From positions 1-45,047 of the forward strand of contig JBFMCE010000017.1 in assembly GCA_040754655.1 (NCBI GenBank): a stretch of DNA of 45,047 nucleotides, read 5' to 3'. The position numbers and the translations under genes are program-made. This document shows, piece by piece, positions 28,035 to 37,124 of the stretch. Every line of letters starts with the position of its first letter. The first letter of the stretch is position 1. The stretch comes from Bdellovibrionota bacterium (lineage in GTDB: Bacteria > Bdellovibrionota > UBA1018 > UBA923). The notes beneath the pieces are model-generated. The model was not told the DNA's origin. It saw nothing but the letters and a program-made list of their open reading frames with translations, and did not search any database.

Positions 28035-29243
28035 TTAAAACCCTTCTTCTTTTTTGAAGCCTGAAAGGCGCATCTTAAGCTCTTCGGGTGAATTGCTCGC
28101 GAAAATGGCGTCTTCGTTTGTGATCACGCCTTTCATCACAAGTCTTTCGAGGGCCTGATTGAATGTTTGCATCTTATAATAAGTAGTCGACGTGGCCATG
28201 GCTTCTTCAATTTTATCAAGCTCATTGTTCAAGATCAGGTTCTCGATCGTGGGACTCTTGATCAAAACCTCGCAAACAGCGACTCGTCCTTCACCATCAG
28301 CCCGCGGCACGAGTTTTTGGCTCACTACTGCAAGCAAGCAGGCACTCAGTTGAATACGCACTTGGTTCTTCGCATTCGGCGGAAATACGTCCACGATACG
28401 ATCAATGCTCGATTTAGCGTCGTTCGTATGCAAGGTCGATAACACAAGGTGGCCGGTCTCGGCAGCAGTCAGCGCGGCCTCGATCGTTTCGTATTGCCTC
28501 ATTTCGCCGATGGTAATCACATCAGGATCTTGGTGCAGGGCTCCCACAAGGGCGTCATGCATCGAACCTGCATCAGCGCCCACTTCCCTTTGGCACACGC
28601 TGCTCTTGATGTCGCGAAACACGAACTCGATCGGATCCTCGATTGTGATGATGTGCGAATGACGATGCTCATTGATGTAGTTCAGCATCGCAGCCATGGT
28701 TGTGGATTTTCCGCAACCCGTGCTGCCAGTGATCAAGACAAGGCCTCTCTTCTTCAAGGCAATCTCTTTTAAAACGCTGGGAAGACCCAGGCTCTCAAGA
28801 CCAGGGATATTCAACGGGATCATTCGAATGACGCCCGCCACTGTTCCCCGCTGCAAATAAATGTTCGCCCGAAACCTTCCGAGCCCCTCGAATTGAAAAC
28901 TGCAGTCGACCTGCAAGTTGCGTTCGAAGTCTCGAATGAGTTTATCGGTCAAGACGCTGTAGAGAACCTCTTTGATGGTCTCACCCGAAAGCTCTGGCAT
29001 CTTGGCAGCGACGAGCTTTCCGTTGATGCGATAGAGAGGAGGCCGGTTTGACTTCAAATGCAAATCCGAAGCGCCATGTTTAACCAGAGCATGCAGAAGA
29101 TACTTCATGCTTGGCTTGTTCGTATTGTTCGGCCGAGACTCCCTCATGCTTTGAGTAGGAGCCTGCGTCGCAGAAGACTCCGAAACCTGTAAAGACTCAT
29201 CGACTGAGGTGTTTTGCTTAACCGCTTTCAATGCCGAGCTCAT
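28035..29243 (-). CDS. PilT/PilU family type IV pilus retraction ATPase
   Basis: ASDLHL, RFRAN, GSTGCGKSTT, TIEDPIE Asp box, DPDVITIGEMR, TGHLVLSTLH His box. Confidence 0.93.
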   Translation of the reverse strand: MSSALKAVKQNTSVDESLQVSESSATQAPTQSMRESRPNNTNKPSMKYLLHALVKHGASDLHLKSNRPPLYRINGKLVAAKMPELSGETIKEVLYSVLTDKLIRDFERNLQVDCSFQFEGLGRFRANIYLQRGTVAGVIRMIPLNIPGLESLGLPSVLKEIALKKRGLVLITGSTGCGKSTTMAAMLNYINEHRHSHIITIEDPIEFVFRDIKSSVCQREVGADAGSMHDALVGALHQDPDVITIGEMRQYETIEAALTAAETGHLVLSTLHTNDAKSSIDRIVDVFPPNAKNQVRIQLSACLLAVVSQKLVPRADGEGRVAVCEVLIKSPTIENLILNNELDKIEEAMATSTTYYKMQTFNQALERLVMKGVITNEDAIFASNSPEELKMRLSGFKKEEGF

Positions 29244-30067
29244 GCTGCGTTCTCTCCGGCCTTGTTTGCCTTCGCCGCGACCACTTGTTTTGACATCGCG
29301 GCCATGATCAACCTGTTTTCAATGACCCTCGCCGCATATTCAGCGATTGTGTGCATCACTTCTTTATCAGCGTCGGTGTACTGGGGTTCACCCAAACGAT
29401 TCAAGAGTTCTATGCATCCGAAAGTCACTCCACGAATGATGATCGGATAAGCGACAAGGTTCTTCGCCTCGAACCCGACGGCATCACTGATGGATCGCAA
29501 ATAGACGCTGCTATCATCAACACTTGAAAGCGCCATGGGCTGTTGGGTCTCGCAAACAAACCCGACGACTCCCTGCCCGAGCGGCACCGTGAAGTTCAAA
29601 AGGTTTTCGGACGATCTGCCCGTCACGGCCCTGAAAAACATGCATTGATTCTGATGATCTATTTCTAAGAAAGATCCGGCCTCTGACTTCACTTGTTCCA
29701 TCGCGATGCGAAGGATTTCACTCACGAGCTGCCCGAACGAATAGTACTCGCGCGGCACTAGCTTGAATAACGCCTCCAGAGCAGCGAATTTACGGTTCAC
29801 AATGAACAATGTTTCATTGTCTGAGATCGAAAGCACCTGAGGATCTGCCAATGAAAAGCCAGGTTGTTCTTCCGAAGTGTTTGATTGTGACATATCCACC
29901 TTCACTTCTTCTACAGACAGCGGAGCAATCGCATCGGTAGCTTGCGGTTCAAGGTCAAACGGATTCGACCCCCGGGGCACGGGCTTATCTTTGAAGATAT
30001 CGTCCACTTTGGCTCCCTCTTCGAGCAGCTCGGTAAAGTCTTTCTTTGATGGAGCATTTCCTCCCAT
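29240..30067 (-). CDS. Stand-alone GAF-domain protein with acidic disordered N-terminus
   Basis: GQGVVGFVC...DAVGFEAKNLVAYPI...GCIELLNR...YTDAD; ATGA overlap with pilT/U. Confidence 0.85.
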   Translation of the reverse strand: MGGNAPSKKDFTELLEEGAKVDDIFKDKPVPRGSNPFDLEPQATDAIAPLSVEEVKVDMSQSNTSEEQPGFSLADPQVLSISDNETLFIVNRKFAALEALFKLVPREYYSFGQLVSEILRIAMEQVKSEAGSFLEIDHQNQCMFFRAVTGRSSENLLNFTVPLGQGVVGFVCETQQPMALSSVDDSSVYLRSISDAVGFEAKNLVAYPIIIRGVTFGCIELLNRLGEPQYTDADKEVMHTIAEYAARVIENRLIMAAMSKQVVAAKANKAGENAA

Positions 30068-30089
30068 GGAATGGCTCCTCCTCTTAGTT

Positions 30090-30116
30090 TCTTCGGCAGC
30101 TTGTTCAGGATCTTAA
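30090..30116 (-). promoter_or_regulatory. Putative sigma28 (FliA) promoter of the GAF-pilT/U operon
   Basis: TTAAGATC-N11-GCCGAAGA directly upstream of SD GAGGAGG. Confidence 0.6.
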
Positions 30117-30184
30117 GTGCAAATATTGCCTAACGGCAGCCTAAAGGGCGTGTTGCAAATCTGTCGATACTTGAAAGAGCGCTT

Positions 30185-31498
30185 ATGGGCATAAAACCAC
30201 TTCGAATCGGCATTCTTGGGGAACACAATGACATCGCCTCGGCGGGCCTCGCGGCAAAATGCGGTTTTGAGATGGTGCCGCTTGCTGGAAATGAGTCCGC
30301 GCTGGCTTTGGATGCGCTCATCATACGTAAGGATTCGGGAGATTTAGAGAAAATTTTAAGCACTCTTCCCCGGGGTTGCTCGCTTCTAATCGACCTTCCC
30401 TGTCAGAACAAAGCCTCCATCGAAGAGCTCACACGCTGCTGCACCAACAATAAACTTGAAGCCTCTTTGTTCATGATCAACCTTCAAAACGATTCACACT
30501 TCGCTTCTATCCTCAAAATCCTGCAGGCGCCCGGGTTGACCAACGGTTCGATGATCTCGCTCACGGCCACAGGGGTTGAAACCCGCGGACCGATCTACCG
30601 CTCTCGCCTGGCAAACACCGCGGAAATGCCCCTTCGAATCGACTCCATCCTTGCGACAGACACCGGCGCCGATCCGTTTTCATTCCACGTTAGCGCCCTT
30701 GCCTTTGCTGAACTGAGCCTTTCATTGGCTCGCGAGCTCAATGCCAAGACAGTTCCCATCCTTAAGTGGTATGCCACCTCTCTAGCGAAGAATAAATGGC
30801 TCATGGTCGCCCAGATGAGCTCAAGCCTCGATCGCTCAGCCGTTCTGACACTTTCAAACCAGGTTGAAAAAAGCTTTGAACCGCTGCCGGCCCAGAAAGC
30901 CCTCATCTCAAACACCAGCGACTTCATCGCCTTCACCGCGGCACAAAACTTGATCGAATTCTGCGTCGTTCTTGATTCGAACAAGAAAGTGGAAGCCGGT
31001 TTTTTTTCATCCCACTCGAAATTCAATGAGAAGACCGCATTCAGGCATGTCGTAGGCGGAAATGAAATCGATCCCCTGAATACCTTGGAAATCCTCAATT
31101 CTCGTTCTTGCGTCACCCTTCCAAAGGCATCACCGTCTTCCTTTGAATCCGGCGTACCGGGGCAAGAAAGGCAATCTCCCAAAAACTCCCTGTTTTCAAA
31201 AATGTCTGAGCAATTAATAAAGAACAAGGAACAAAAATCGGCGGCTCCCGGCGAGATTGAAAGCCATGCTGAATTCGTCGCTTACCTGATGAGCGTCCTC
31301 CCCCAGACGAACCGGGCGGCGACGAAACTTTCACGCATAGACAAGGTGAAACAAGACATTCAGACGATAATAGACCGGCAAACCAAACAAATGCTGACCG
31401 AGCTCTTGGACCGCTATCTTCGGCTAGTAGATTCCTGCGAACAGGCAAACCACAAAAATGCGTCGCGCGAAAAGAAGGCGACCGGAGGGGGAAAATAA
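30185..31498 (+). CDS. Hypothetical protein, possibly a degenerate Gfo/Idh/MocA Rossmann fold plus C-terminal helical region
   Basis: LRIGILG...LDALII...LLIDLP pattern; 437-aa ORF. Confidence 0.55.
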   Translation: MGIKPLRIGILGEHNDIASAGLAAKCGFEMVPLAGNESALALDALIIRKDSGDLEKILSTLPRGCSLLIDLPCQNKASIEELTRCCTNNKLEASLFMINLQNDSHFASILKILQAPGLTNGSMISLTATGVETRGPIYRSRLANTAEMPLRIDSILATDTGADPFSFHVSALAFAELSLSLARELNAKTVPILKWYATSLAKNKWLMVAQMSSSLDRSAVLTLSNQVEKSFEPLPAQKALISNTSDFIAFTAAQNLIEFCVVLDSNKKVEAGFFSSHSKFNEKTAFRHVVGGNEIDPLNTLEILNSRSCVTLPKASPSSFESGVPGQERQSPKNSLFSKMSEQLIKNKEQKSAAPGEIESHAEFVAYLMSVLPQTNRAATKLSRIDKVKQDIQTIIDRQTKQMLTELLDRYLRLVDSCEQANHKNASREKKATGGGK

Positions 31499-31501
31499 GA
31501 A

Positions 31502-32539
31502 ATGGTATTGCCCTCAAAAACCTCCGGGAATCAGATCGTGATCATCTGTCGAGCGGCGAAGCCGGAGCACTTCATTTTCCTGCGTGAGGAATTCAAGCTT
31601 CGCACTGACATTACAATCCTCATCGTAAAGGAAGCGGTCACCGCCTTCAACGAAGCTCTCCGCTTTGAAAAATCGATCCTCGTCTTGAACTTTGAAGATG
31701 AATACGAATATTCACTCTTCGAATTTTTTCTTCGCAACTGGTCTGAAGAGAACTGGGCCAAGTACCGCAGCCCCACTTTGCTCGTCTCAAACTTCTTCGA
31801 CGGGCAACCTTCATACCAGAAGGTCAAAGCCATGATGAAGTTCAACCACAAATACCTGAACTCATTCAATAAGACGTCAATACTTCAATTTGCGCTTGGC
31901 CACGTCGGCTCTTTCAGCAATCAGCTCGTGAAAACAAAACCCGCAGCCGCCTCGCCGCCACCCGATGGCGGAACGGTTCACTTCAGGGGAAGGACGTTTA
32001 AACTTCCGAAGGTTGAAAAACTGCCCATTGATTTGCCTGAGAGCTCAAGCCTAACGAAGCAAGAGCGTGAGCATCTCGCGATGTGCATGTGCGAGGGGAT
32101 CAAGGAAACTCAAACGTTGTCGGATGGAGTGATTTTGGCCGCGCGCTACTGCTTGAAGATGTGGGGGATCCGGCTCGCCGTCATTTACCCGAACACGGCT
32201 GCGCAGTCTTCCGAGTCGGCTCAAGATGATTTGTACCGGTATCTGGTCGATGCCGAAAATCCATCCGTTTCCACGAAAGTTCGGAGCACACAGGACGTAC
32301 TGCCAAGAAAAGGCACGGGAGCGTTGAGCTCCACCGCAAAAAACATCTTGTTGCCCGATATAACGAGTCAGATACCCATCTACTACGTTTGGGAGAAATC
32401 AAGCGAGTACTGTATACTCATATGGGTCGAAGGCTCGAGCGCAGGCATGTCGATCAGGCTTGAATTCATTCTGGTCTTGGTCCAAGCCATAAAAAAAATA
32501 CGACAGAGGTATACACAAAGGAAGGAAAAGGCCGCATGA
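31502..32539 (+). CDS. Hypothetical protein, possible pseudo-receiver N-domain
   Basis: 345-aa ORF tightly coupled to both neighbours (3-bp gap; ATGA overlap). Confidence 0.6.
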   Translation: MVLPSKTSGNQIVIICRAAKPEHFIFLREEFKLRTDITILIVKEAVTAFNEALRFEKSILVLNFEDEYEYSLFEFFLRNWSEENWAKYRSPTLLVSNFFDGQPSYQKVKAMMKFNHKYLNSFNKTSILQFALGHVGSFSNQLVKTKPAAASPPPDGGTVHFRGRTFKLPKVEKLPIDLPESSSLTKQEREHLAMCMCEGIKETQTLSDGVILAARYCLKMWGIRLAVIYPNTAAQSSESAQDDLYRYLVDAENPSVSTKVRSTQDVLPRKGTGALSSTAKNILLPDITSQIPIYYVWEKSSEYCILIWVEGSSAGMSIRLEFILVLVQAIKKIRQRYTQRKEKAA

Positions 32540-33585
32540 CCGACTCAAAAAATAAAACCACGCCCCCGGGTTACTTGTCTTTGCCTATTGAGAAGGTTCA
32601 CACAAACATGCAACTGCCCTTCAGCATCTACGTGCACCTGCCAGAGAACAACAAGATGATTTTGTTCCGAGCTGAAGGAGAGGTCCTCCAAAAAGTTCGT
32701 TTGGACCAGATTAGCAAGTATTCCGATAAATTCTTCATCAAATCCGAGGATCGCGCGAAACTAGAGGCCTTCCTAAACAGCCCGGCTCAATCGGTCGCCA
32801 GCAAGCTCAGTGAAGTCATCAACCTTCCATCGAAGTCAGTGGCCGTGAATACAAAGACCGAGCTGCAGCTTCGCAGCATGGAGATGCTTACGAAACAGCT
32901 GCACTTCTCGATCGACCCGAACAGCGCCGAAAGCCCCGTGCAACAAGCGACCAAGCACATCCACAAAGTGGTTGATGACGTGCTCGATATCGTCGGCATC
33001 GACGAAGGAATTGTCGCAAAGATCCAATCACTGCAGAACTCGCTGAATAACGAAGAGTGGAATCATTCCTTGAGCGTCGCAGCGGTATCGGCCTTGTTCG
33101 CGATAAGCTTGGGATACACCGACAAGAAGTTGCTTCGTGACATCGCGACCGGAGGATACCTGCATGACATTGGGTTGGTGGCTTGCGACGTGCCCATGCC
33201 GAAACGCGACATCAATTATACGCCCGAAGAGATGGAGCTTTACAAGAACCATCCTCGCGCGGGACTTGAACTCATTGAAACCCTTGAATTGCCAGTATCC
33301 GAGGAAGTGAAGCTGATCATCTATCAACATGAGGAAAAGTATGATGGTGGCGGCTTCCCTATGGACATTTCAGGGCCTGAGATCTTCGAACCTGCGCAGA
33401 TCATCGCCATTGCCGATCGATTCGATGCTTTGATCAGGGTTGATGAACCAGGTTGGCTGACTCCCGAAAAGGCTCTTTATCAATTGCTCGAGGAGAATTC
33501 GAAGTCAGATCTCCCGTGCGCCTACAGCCCACTGCTGGTCGTCCAAATCGCGGAAGCCGCTTTTGCCGCTGGCGCGATCGACTAA
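32536..33585 (+). CDS. HD-GYP domain protein, atypical
   Basis: HSLSVA, LHDIG, HPRAG, QHEEKYDGGGFP, IADRFDAL. Confidence 0.88.
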   Translation: MTDSKNKTTPPGYLSLPIEKVHTNMQLPFSIYVHLPENNKMILFRAEGEVLQKVRLDQISKYSDKFFIKSEDRAKLEAFLNSPAQSVASKLSEVINLPSKSVAVNTKTELQLRSMEMLTKQLHFSIDPNSAESPVQQATKHIHKVVDDVLDIVGIDEGIVAKIQSLQNSLNNEEWNHSLSVAAVSALFAISLGYTDKKLLRDIATGGYLHDIGLVACDVPMPKRDINYTPEEMELYKNHPRAGLELIETLELPVSEEVKLIIYQHEEKYDGGGFPMDISGPEIFEPAQIIAIADRFDALIRVDEPGWLTPEKALYQLLEENSKSDLPCAYSPLLVVQIAEAAFAAGAID

Positions 33586-33598
33586 GACCTGCCTTGAA

Positions 33599-34054
33599 CT
33601 ACAAGCTCATCTCATTCTCGTGTTCAATGAATGTCTTTAGGTTTTGAACCTCTGAGATCAGCCATTTTCCATCTTCTTTCACAAAGACGGCGTGTTTCTT
33701 ATTCGTGATTTTGTTCTCAGACTCCGAGCTCTTCGTAAGATAGGTCAACTCATAGGTGACTGAAAATTTACCTTCCCCCAAAGCCCGTTCATCTTTCACT
33801 TTCAAAGAGATGAATTCGCGTTTCTTATCGATGAAGTGCGCCTTGAAAGAACCGTCATCGAGCTTTTCGAGCGTACTCTTCACTTTTCCCGTCGTGAATT
33901 CAAGCAAAGTGCGCTTTTCCTCTGGGTTTTTTATCGCGAAACTGCGTGAAACATAATCAGAGAGGGTTTTTTGAGGCGAATCTTTCATCTGGGATTTGGT
34001 CGAGCAGCCAATTGCACCGACCAAGATCAAAACTGCCAATGCATTACGAAACAT
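33599..34054 (-). CDS. Lipoprotein, NTF2-like (DUF4878-like)
   Basis: Lipobox AIGC; C-terminal FVKEDGKWLI. Confidence 0.7.
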   Translation of the reverse strand: MFRNALAVLILVGAIGCSTKSQMKDSPQKTLSDYVSRSFAIKNPEEKRTLLEFTTGKVKSTLEKLDDGSFKAHFIDKKREFISLKVKDERALGEGKFSVTYELTYLTKSSESENKITNKKHAVFVKEDGKWLISEVQNLKTFIEHENEMSL

Positions 34055-34745
34055 ATCCGGCGCTCCTTACCCGATCTAAGAAATCACGAACATCCTTATG
34101 ATGATCCACTGAGCTCACGACGAAACGGTATCCGCGCCCAGCCGTGCTGCGTTCTTTACTTATCAATTCTACAGCACAATTGACCTCGAGATCACCTAAT
34201 TTTAGGTAAATGTCATCGGCATTTTCGAGTGATTGGGCCTCGATCGGATAGACGTAGCACCCTTCGACGCTAAGGCGGCTAAGCTTGACCGGAATCTTGG
34301 CGTCGCTTGTTCTTATCGCCGCTTCGACTTTGGGCAAAAAGCGCGGCGCGCCCTCGAACCAACGCCTACCCGAACTGTAGTAAACCTCGCCTAAACTCTT
34401 GAAAAGGTTGAGACAATACAACACTGACACGATCAATAAAAACAGCGCATAGAAAGCCAAGGCGTAGTTCTTCGTAAACAACAAGAAGTAGGCGTTGGCG
34501 GCCAAGAGCGCGGCGCTCATGATCGAAACCGACCAAAATCCAATCCATTTAACCTGAGTGAGCCACCTCAAGGTGGCCAACATCCAGGTCGCCTGAAGCC
34601 CGTAAACCCACATCTTCGTGTGAGGCTCGAGCCGAATCGTCGCATCTTTCTGAACCACCCATAAATTGAGGATGAACAACGGCATTGCGACGATGACTAG
34701 CAACGAAAGAATCAAATGCTGCCGCGGTAAACGCACGATCTGCAT
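34044..34745 (-). CDS. Four-TM membrane protein with C-terminal PilZ-like domain
   Basis: Four hydrophobic segments, then APRF...RLSVEGC...GRGYRF; start placed at ATG 34745. Confidence 0.6.
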   Translation of the reverse strand: MQIVRLPRQHLILSLLVIVAMPLFILNLWVVQKDATIRLEPHTKMWVYGLQATWMLATLRWLTQVKWIGFWSVSIMSAALLAANAYFLLFTKNYALAFYALFLLIVSVLYCLNLFKSLGEVYYSSGRRWFEGAPRFLPKVEAAIRTSDAKIPVKLSRLSVEGCYVYPIEAQSLENADDIYLKLGDLEVNCAVELISKERSTAGRGYRFVVSSVDHHKDVRDFLDRVRSAGYVS

Positions 34746-34773
34746 ACTCTTACGTTCCTCGTCGGCGTCATTT

Positions 34774-34802
34774 TTGTCAACTTTTCGCGGATATGTTATT
34801 CT
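34774..34802 (+). promoter_or_regulatory. Putative sigma70 promoter of ferredoxin-anmK
   Basis: TTGTCA-17 nt-TATTCT with extended -10 TG. Confidence 0.5.
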
Positions 34803-34814
34803 TTCGATTATCAA

Positions 34815-34997
34815 ATGGCACATTTCATCAACAAAGAGTGCACTAAATGCGGGGCTTGCTTGAAGGAATGCCCCACAAATTCCATTAGCGCGGGTGAACC
34901 GACTTATCTCATTGACGCTGACACCTGCACCGACTGCGTAGCCTGCGTGCCGGTTTGCCCGGTCGATGCCATCGCGAGGCTGAACGTAGAACTGTGA
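34815..34997 (+). CDS. 2[4Fe-4S] ferredoxin
   Basis: Two CxxCxxCxxxCP motifs in 60 aa. Confidence 0.93.
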   Translation: MAHFINKECTKCGACLKECPTNSISAGEPTYLIDADTCTDCVACVPVCPVDAIARLNVEL

Positions 34998-36181
34998 GCG
35001 AAATCTATTCCCTTGGAATCATGACTGGAACTAGTTGCGATGCAGCCGATCTCGCGCTGCTTCAGCTCAAAATCAAAACCAAATCCATTGAAGAGAGGCT
35101 GGTGGCCACGGAGACGAGGAATTTCCCCGTTGCACTACGAACCAGGCTGCGAGAAGCGCAGCAAGGCAAGATCACGGCTCCCAAAGCCGCCCTGTTGGGT
35201 CGTGACTATTCCAGATGGGTCGCGCAGTTTTGCAAGGAACGGTTGGGCTCGTGGAACATGCTCGAAAAACCACTGGTCATCGCCATTCACGGCCAAACGA
35301 TCTGGCACGATCCGCAAAACTTCATCTCACTGCAAATCGTCGATCCAACGATCCTCTCTTACGAAACCGGTTGCACAGTGACTAGTTTCTTCAGGCAGCC
35401 CGACCTTGCTCGACGGGGCCAAGGCGCGCCCCTTGTGCCTTACTACCACTGGCTTCGCGCCAACTCCTCGCAAAGATACCGCAAGCTTCTTCCCTTCGCG
35501 ATCCACAACGTTGGCGGCATCGCAAACTTGACCTACATCACCGGCGCATCCGAGCAATTGATCGCCTTCGACACCGGCCCAGGAAATGCGTTGATTGACC
35601 TCGCAGTCGAGCAACTGACTGGCGGATCAAAGAAGTTCGACCACTCCGGAAAAATCGCGGCGGGCGTTTTGGGTTCGATCCGGTGGGACGACATCCGAAA
35701 ACTCGGCCGCCACCGCTACTTCGTCGAAAAACCTCCGAAGAGCACCGGCAGGGAATTGTTCAATGAAGACTTCTTGCGCAAGTTGCCAGGCAAAGGCGCC
35801 GTGCGCGTCGCCCATGCCACGGCGTTTTCGGCGCACACGATGGCCGCGGCCTACCACCGATTCGTGCTTCACGGGAACAATCGGCTCCAAAAAATCTTGA
35901 TCGCGGGTGGCGGCAGCCGAAATCCGGTCTTGATGCAACTCTTCAGGCAAGAGCTCGAACGAATGACGGGAAGAAACATCCCAGTGGAACCTCTCGCCGA
36001 CGATTTCGCCCCGGCTCAATACTTGGAAGCGATGGCCTTCGCGCGCCTAGGGCTGAATGCGTTGACGGGTAAACCTGTCAGCCTGGCCCAAGTCACGGGC
36101 GCCGCCGAAGATGGGTCAGGTGCCGGGATATTTCCGGGTAAGAACTTCAAGCGCCTGCTAGATGCCGCAAGATTGCTCTGA
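34994..36181 (+). CDS. anmK: Anhydro-N-acetylmuramic acid kinase
   Basis: GIMTGTSCD, HGQTIWH, GQGAPLVP, NVGGIANLT, FDTGPGN, PPKSTGRE; GTGA overlap with the ferredoxin. Confidence 0.93.
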   Translation: MSEIYSLGIMTGTSCDAADLALLQLKIKTKSIEERLVATETRNFPVALRTRLREAQQGKITAPKAALLGRDYSRWVAQFCKERLGSWNMLEKPLVIAIHGQTIWHDPQNFISLQIVDPTILSYETGCTVTSFFRQPDLARRGQGAPLVPYYHWLRANSSQRYRKLLPFAIHNVGGIANLTYITGASEQLIAFDTGPGNALIDLAVEQLTGGSKKFDHSGKIAAGVLGSIRWDDIRKLGRHRYFVEKPPKSTGRELFNEDFLRKLPGKGAVRVAHATAFSAHTMAAAYHRFVLHGNNRLQKILIAGGGSRNPVLMQLFRQELERMTGRNIPVEPLADDFAPAQYLEAMAFARLGLNALTGKPVSLAQVTGAAEDGSGAGIFPGKNFKRLLDAARLL

Positions 36182-37111
36182 AAGAACGATGGCGTTAGCT
36201 CGCACGACATTCTTGTTGACCGGCGGGGGCTCGATTCCAATGAAACGCGGACCGAATTCCGATGCGACGGCTTGCCACCTTTGAAGATCGCCATTCAGGC
36301 AGACCGGGGCCTTGAGTTTCAAGGGAATATTTTTCCAAGTCTTCGGCACCCAACAATTTGGCGAGACTTCCTTCATCTTCATTTCCACGAGCTGCCGAAC
36401 GACTGGAAGTTCCTTCAATAGATCAAATTGGGTTTCGGCGTAGGTGGCCATGGTACCGGCGTCAAACCAAGGGACATCTTCTTTGCAGGCGAAAAGGCGT
36501 CCCTCTAAGATCAGAGGCTCTAATAAACTAAAACGAAGCTCGCTCGGGCCCTCTGGCAGCCGCGCGAGCAATTCGGGCTCGATCAAATACGAACCCGAAA
36601 ACATGGTTCCCCGATTCAATTTTTCACCCAGCTTTGAGACCCTGCCCGAAACATCGAGCTCGATGTTGGTATAAGGTTCCCGTGAATTTTCAAAACTCCT
36701 GACATGCATCGTTAGCACCGAATTGTGCTGACGGTGGAAGCTCAACATTTTCTTCCACGATGGAAAACAAATGGAATCACCGTTCACTACGGCCAAAGTC
36801 TCTCCGCCGATCCAATCTCTCAATTTCCAGAGGGCTCCTGAGGAGCCCAAGATCTTGTCGGTTTCATCGCTGAAGTGAAATCGCACTCCCGTCAGCTTCT
36901 GCAACTCGGCATCGCCCGCCACTTCAATGATGCTCTGAGGCGCATGACTCAAGTTGACGGCAAATTCGGTAATACCGAGCTCGCGATGAAGCCCCCAGAT
37001 CCCGTACCAAAGCGCCGGGATGCCGAGGATGGGAAGGCTTGGTTTCGCGCGGTTCAAGGTCAAAGGGCGTAAACGCGTCCCGAGGCCGGCCGCCAAGACG
37101 AGTGCTTTCAC
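36158..37111 (-). CDS. murU: Nucleotidyltransferase, MurU-like (MurNAc-1-P uridylyltransferase)
   Basis: LAAGLGTRLRPLT...KP, VNGD, WFDAGT; directly downstream of the amgK-like gene. Confidence 0.7.
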   Translation of the reverse strand: MKALVLAAGLGTRLRPLTLNRAKPSLPILGIPALWYGIWGLHRELGITEFAVNLSHAPQSIIEVAGDAELQKLTGVRFHFSDETDKILGSSGALWKLRDWIGGETLAVVNGDSICFPSWKKMLSFHRQHNSVLTMHVRSFENSREPYTNIELDVSGRVSKLGEKLNRGTMFSGSYLIEPELLARLPEGPSELRFSLLEPLILEGRLFACKEDVPWFDAGTMATYAETQFDLLKELPVVRQLVEMKMKEVSPNCWVPKTWKNIPLKLKAPVCLNGDLQRWQAVASEFGPRFIGIEPPPVNKNVVRANAIVLSEQSCGI

Positions 37112-37124
37112 TTAAAATTCATCC

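Noticed and set aside
30595..31227. 210-aa antisense ORF and the many other shadow ORFs (e.g. 23217-23738, 24483-25058, 6502-7038)
   Set aside because: They lie opposite longer or well-supported genes and show no recognisable motifs or SD.
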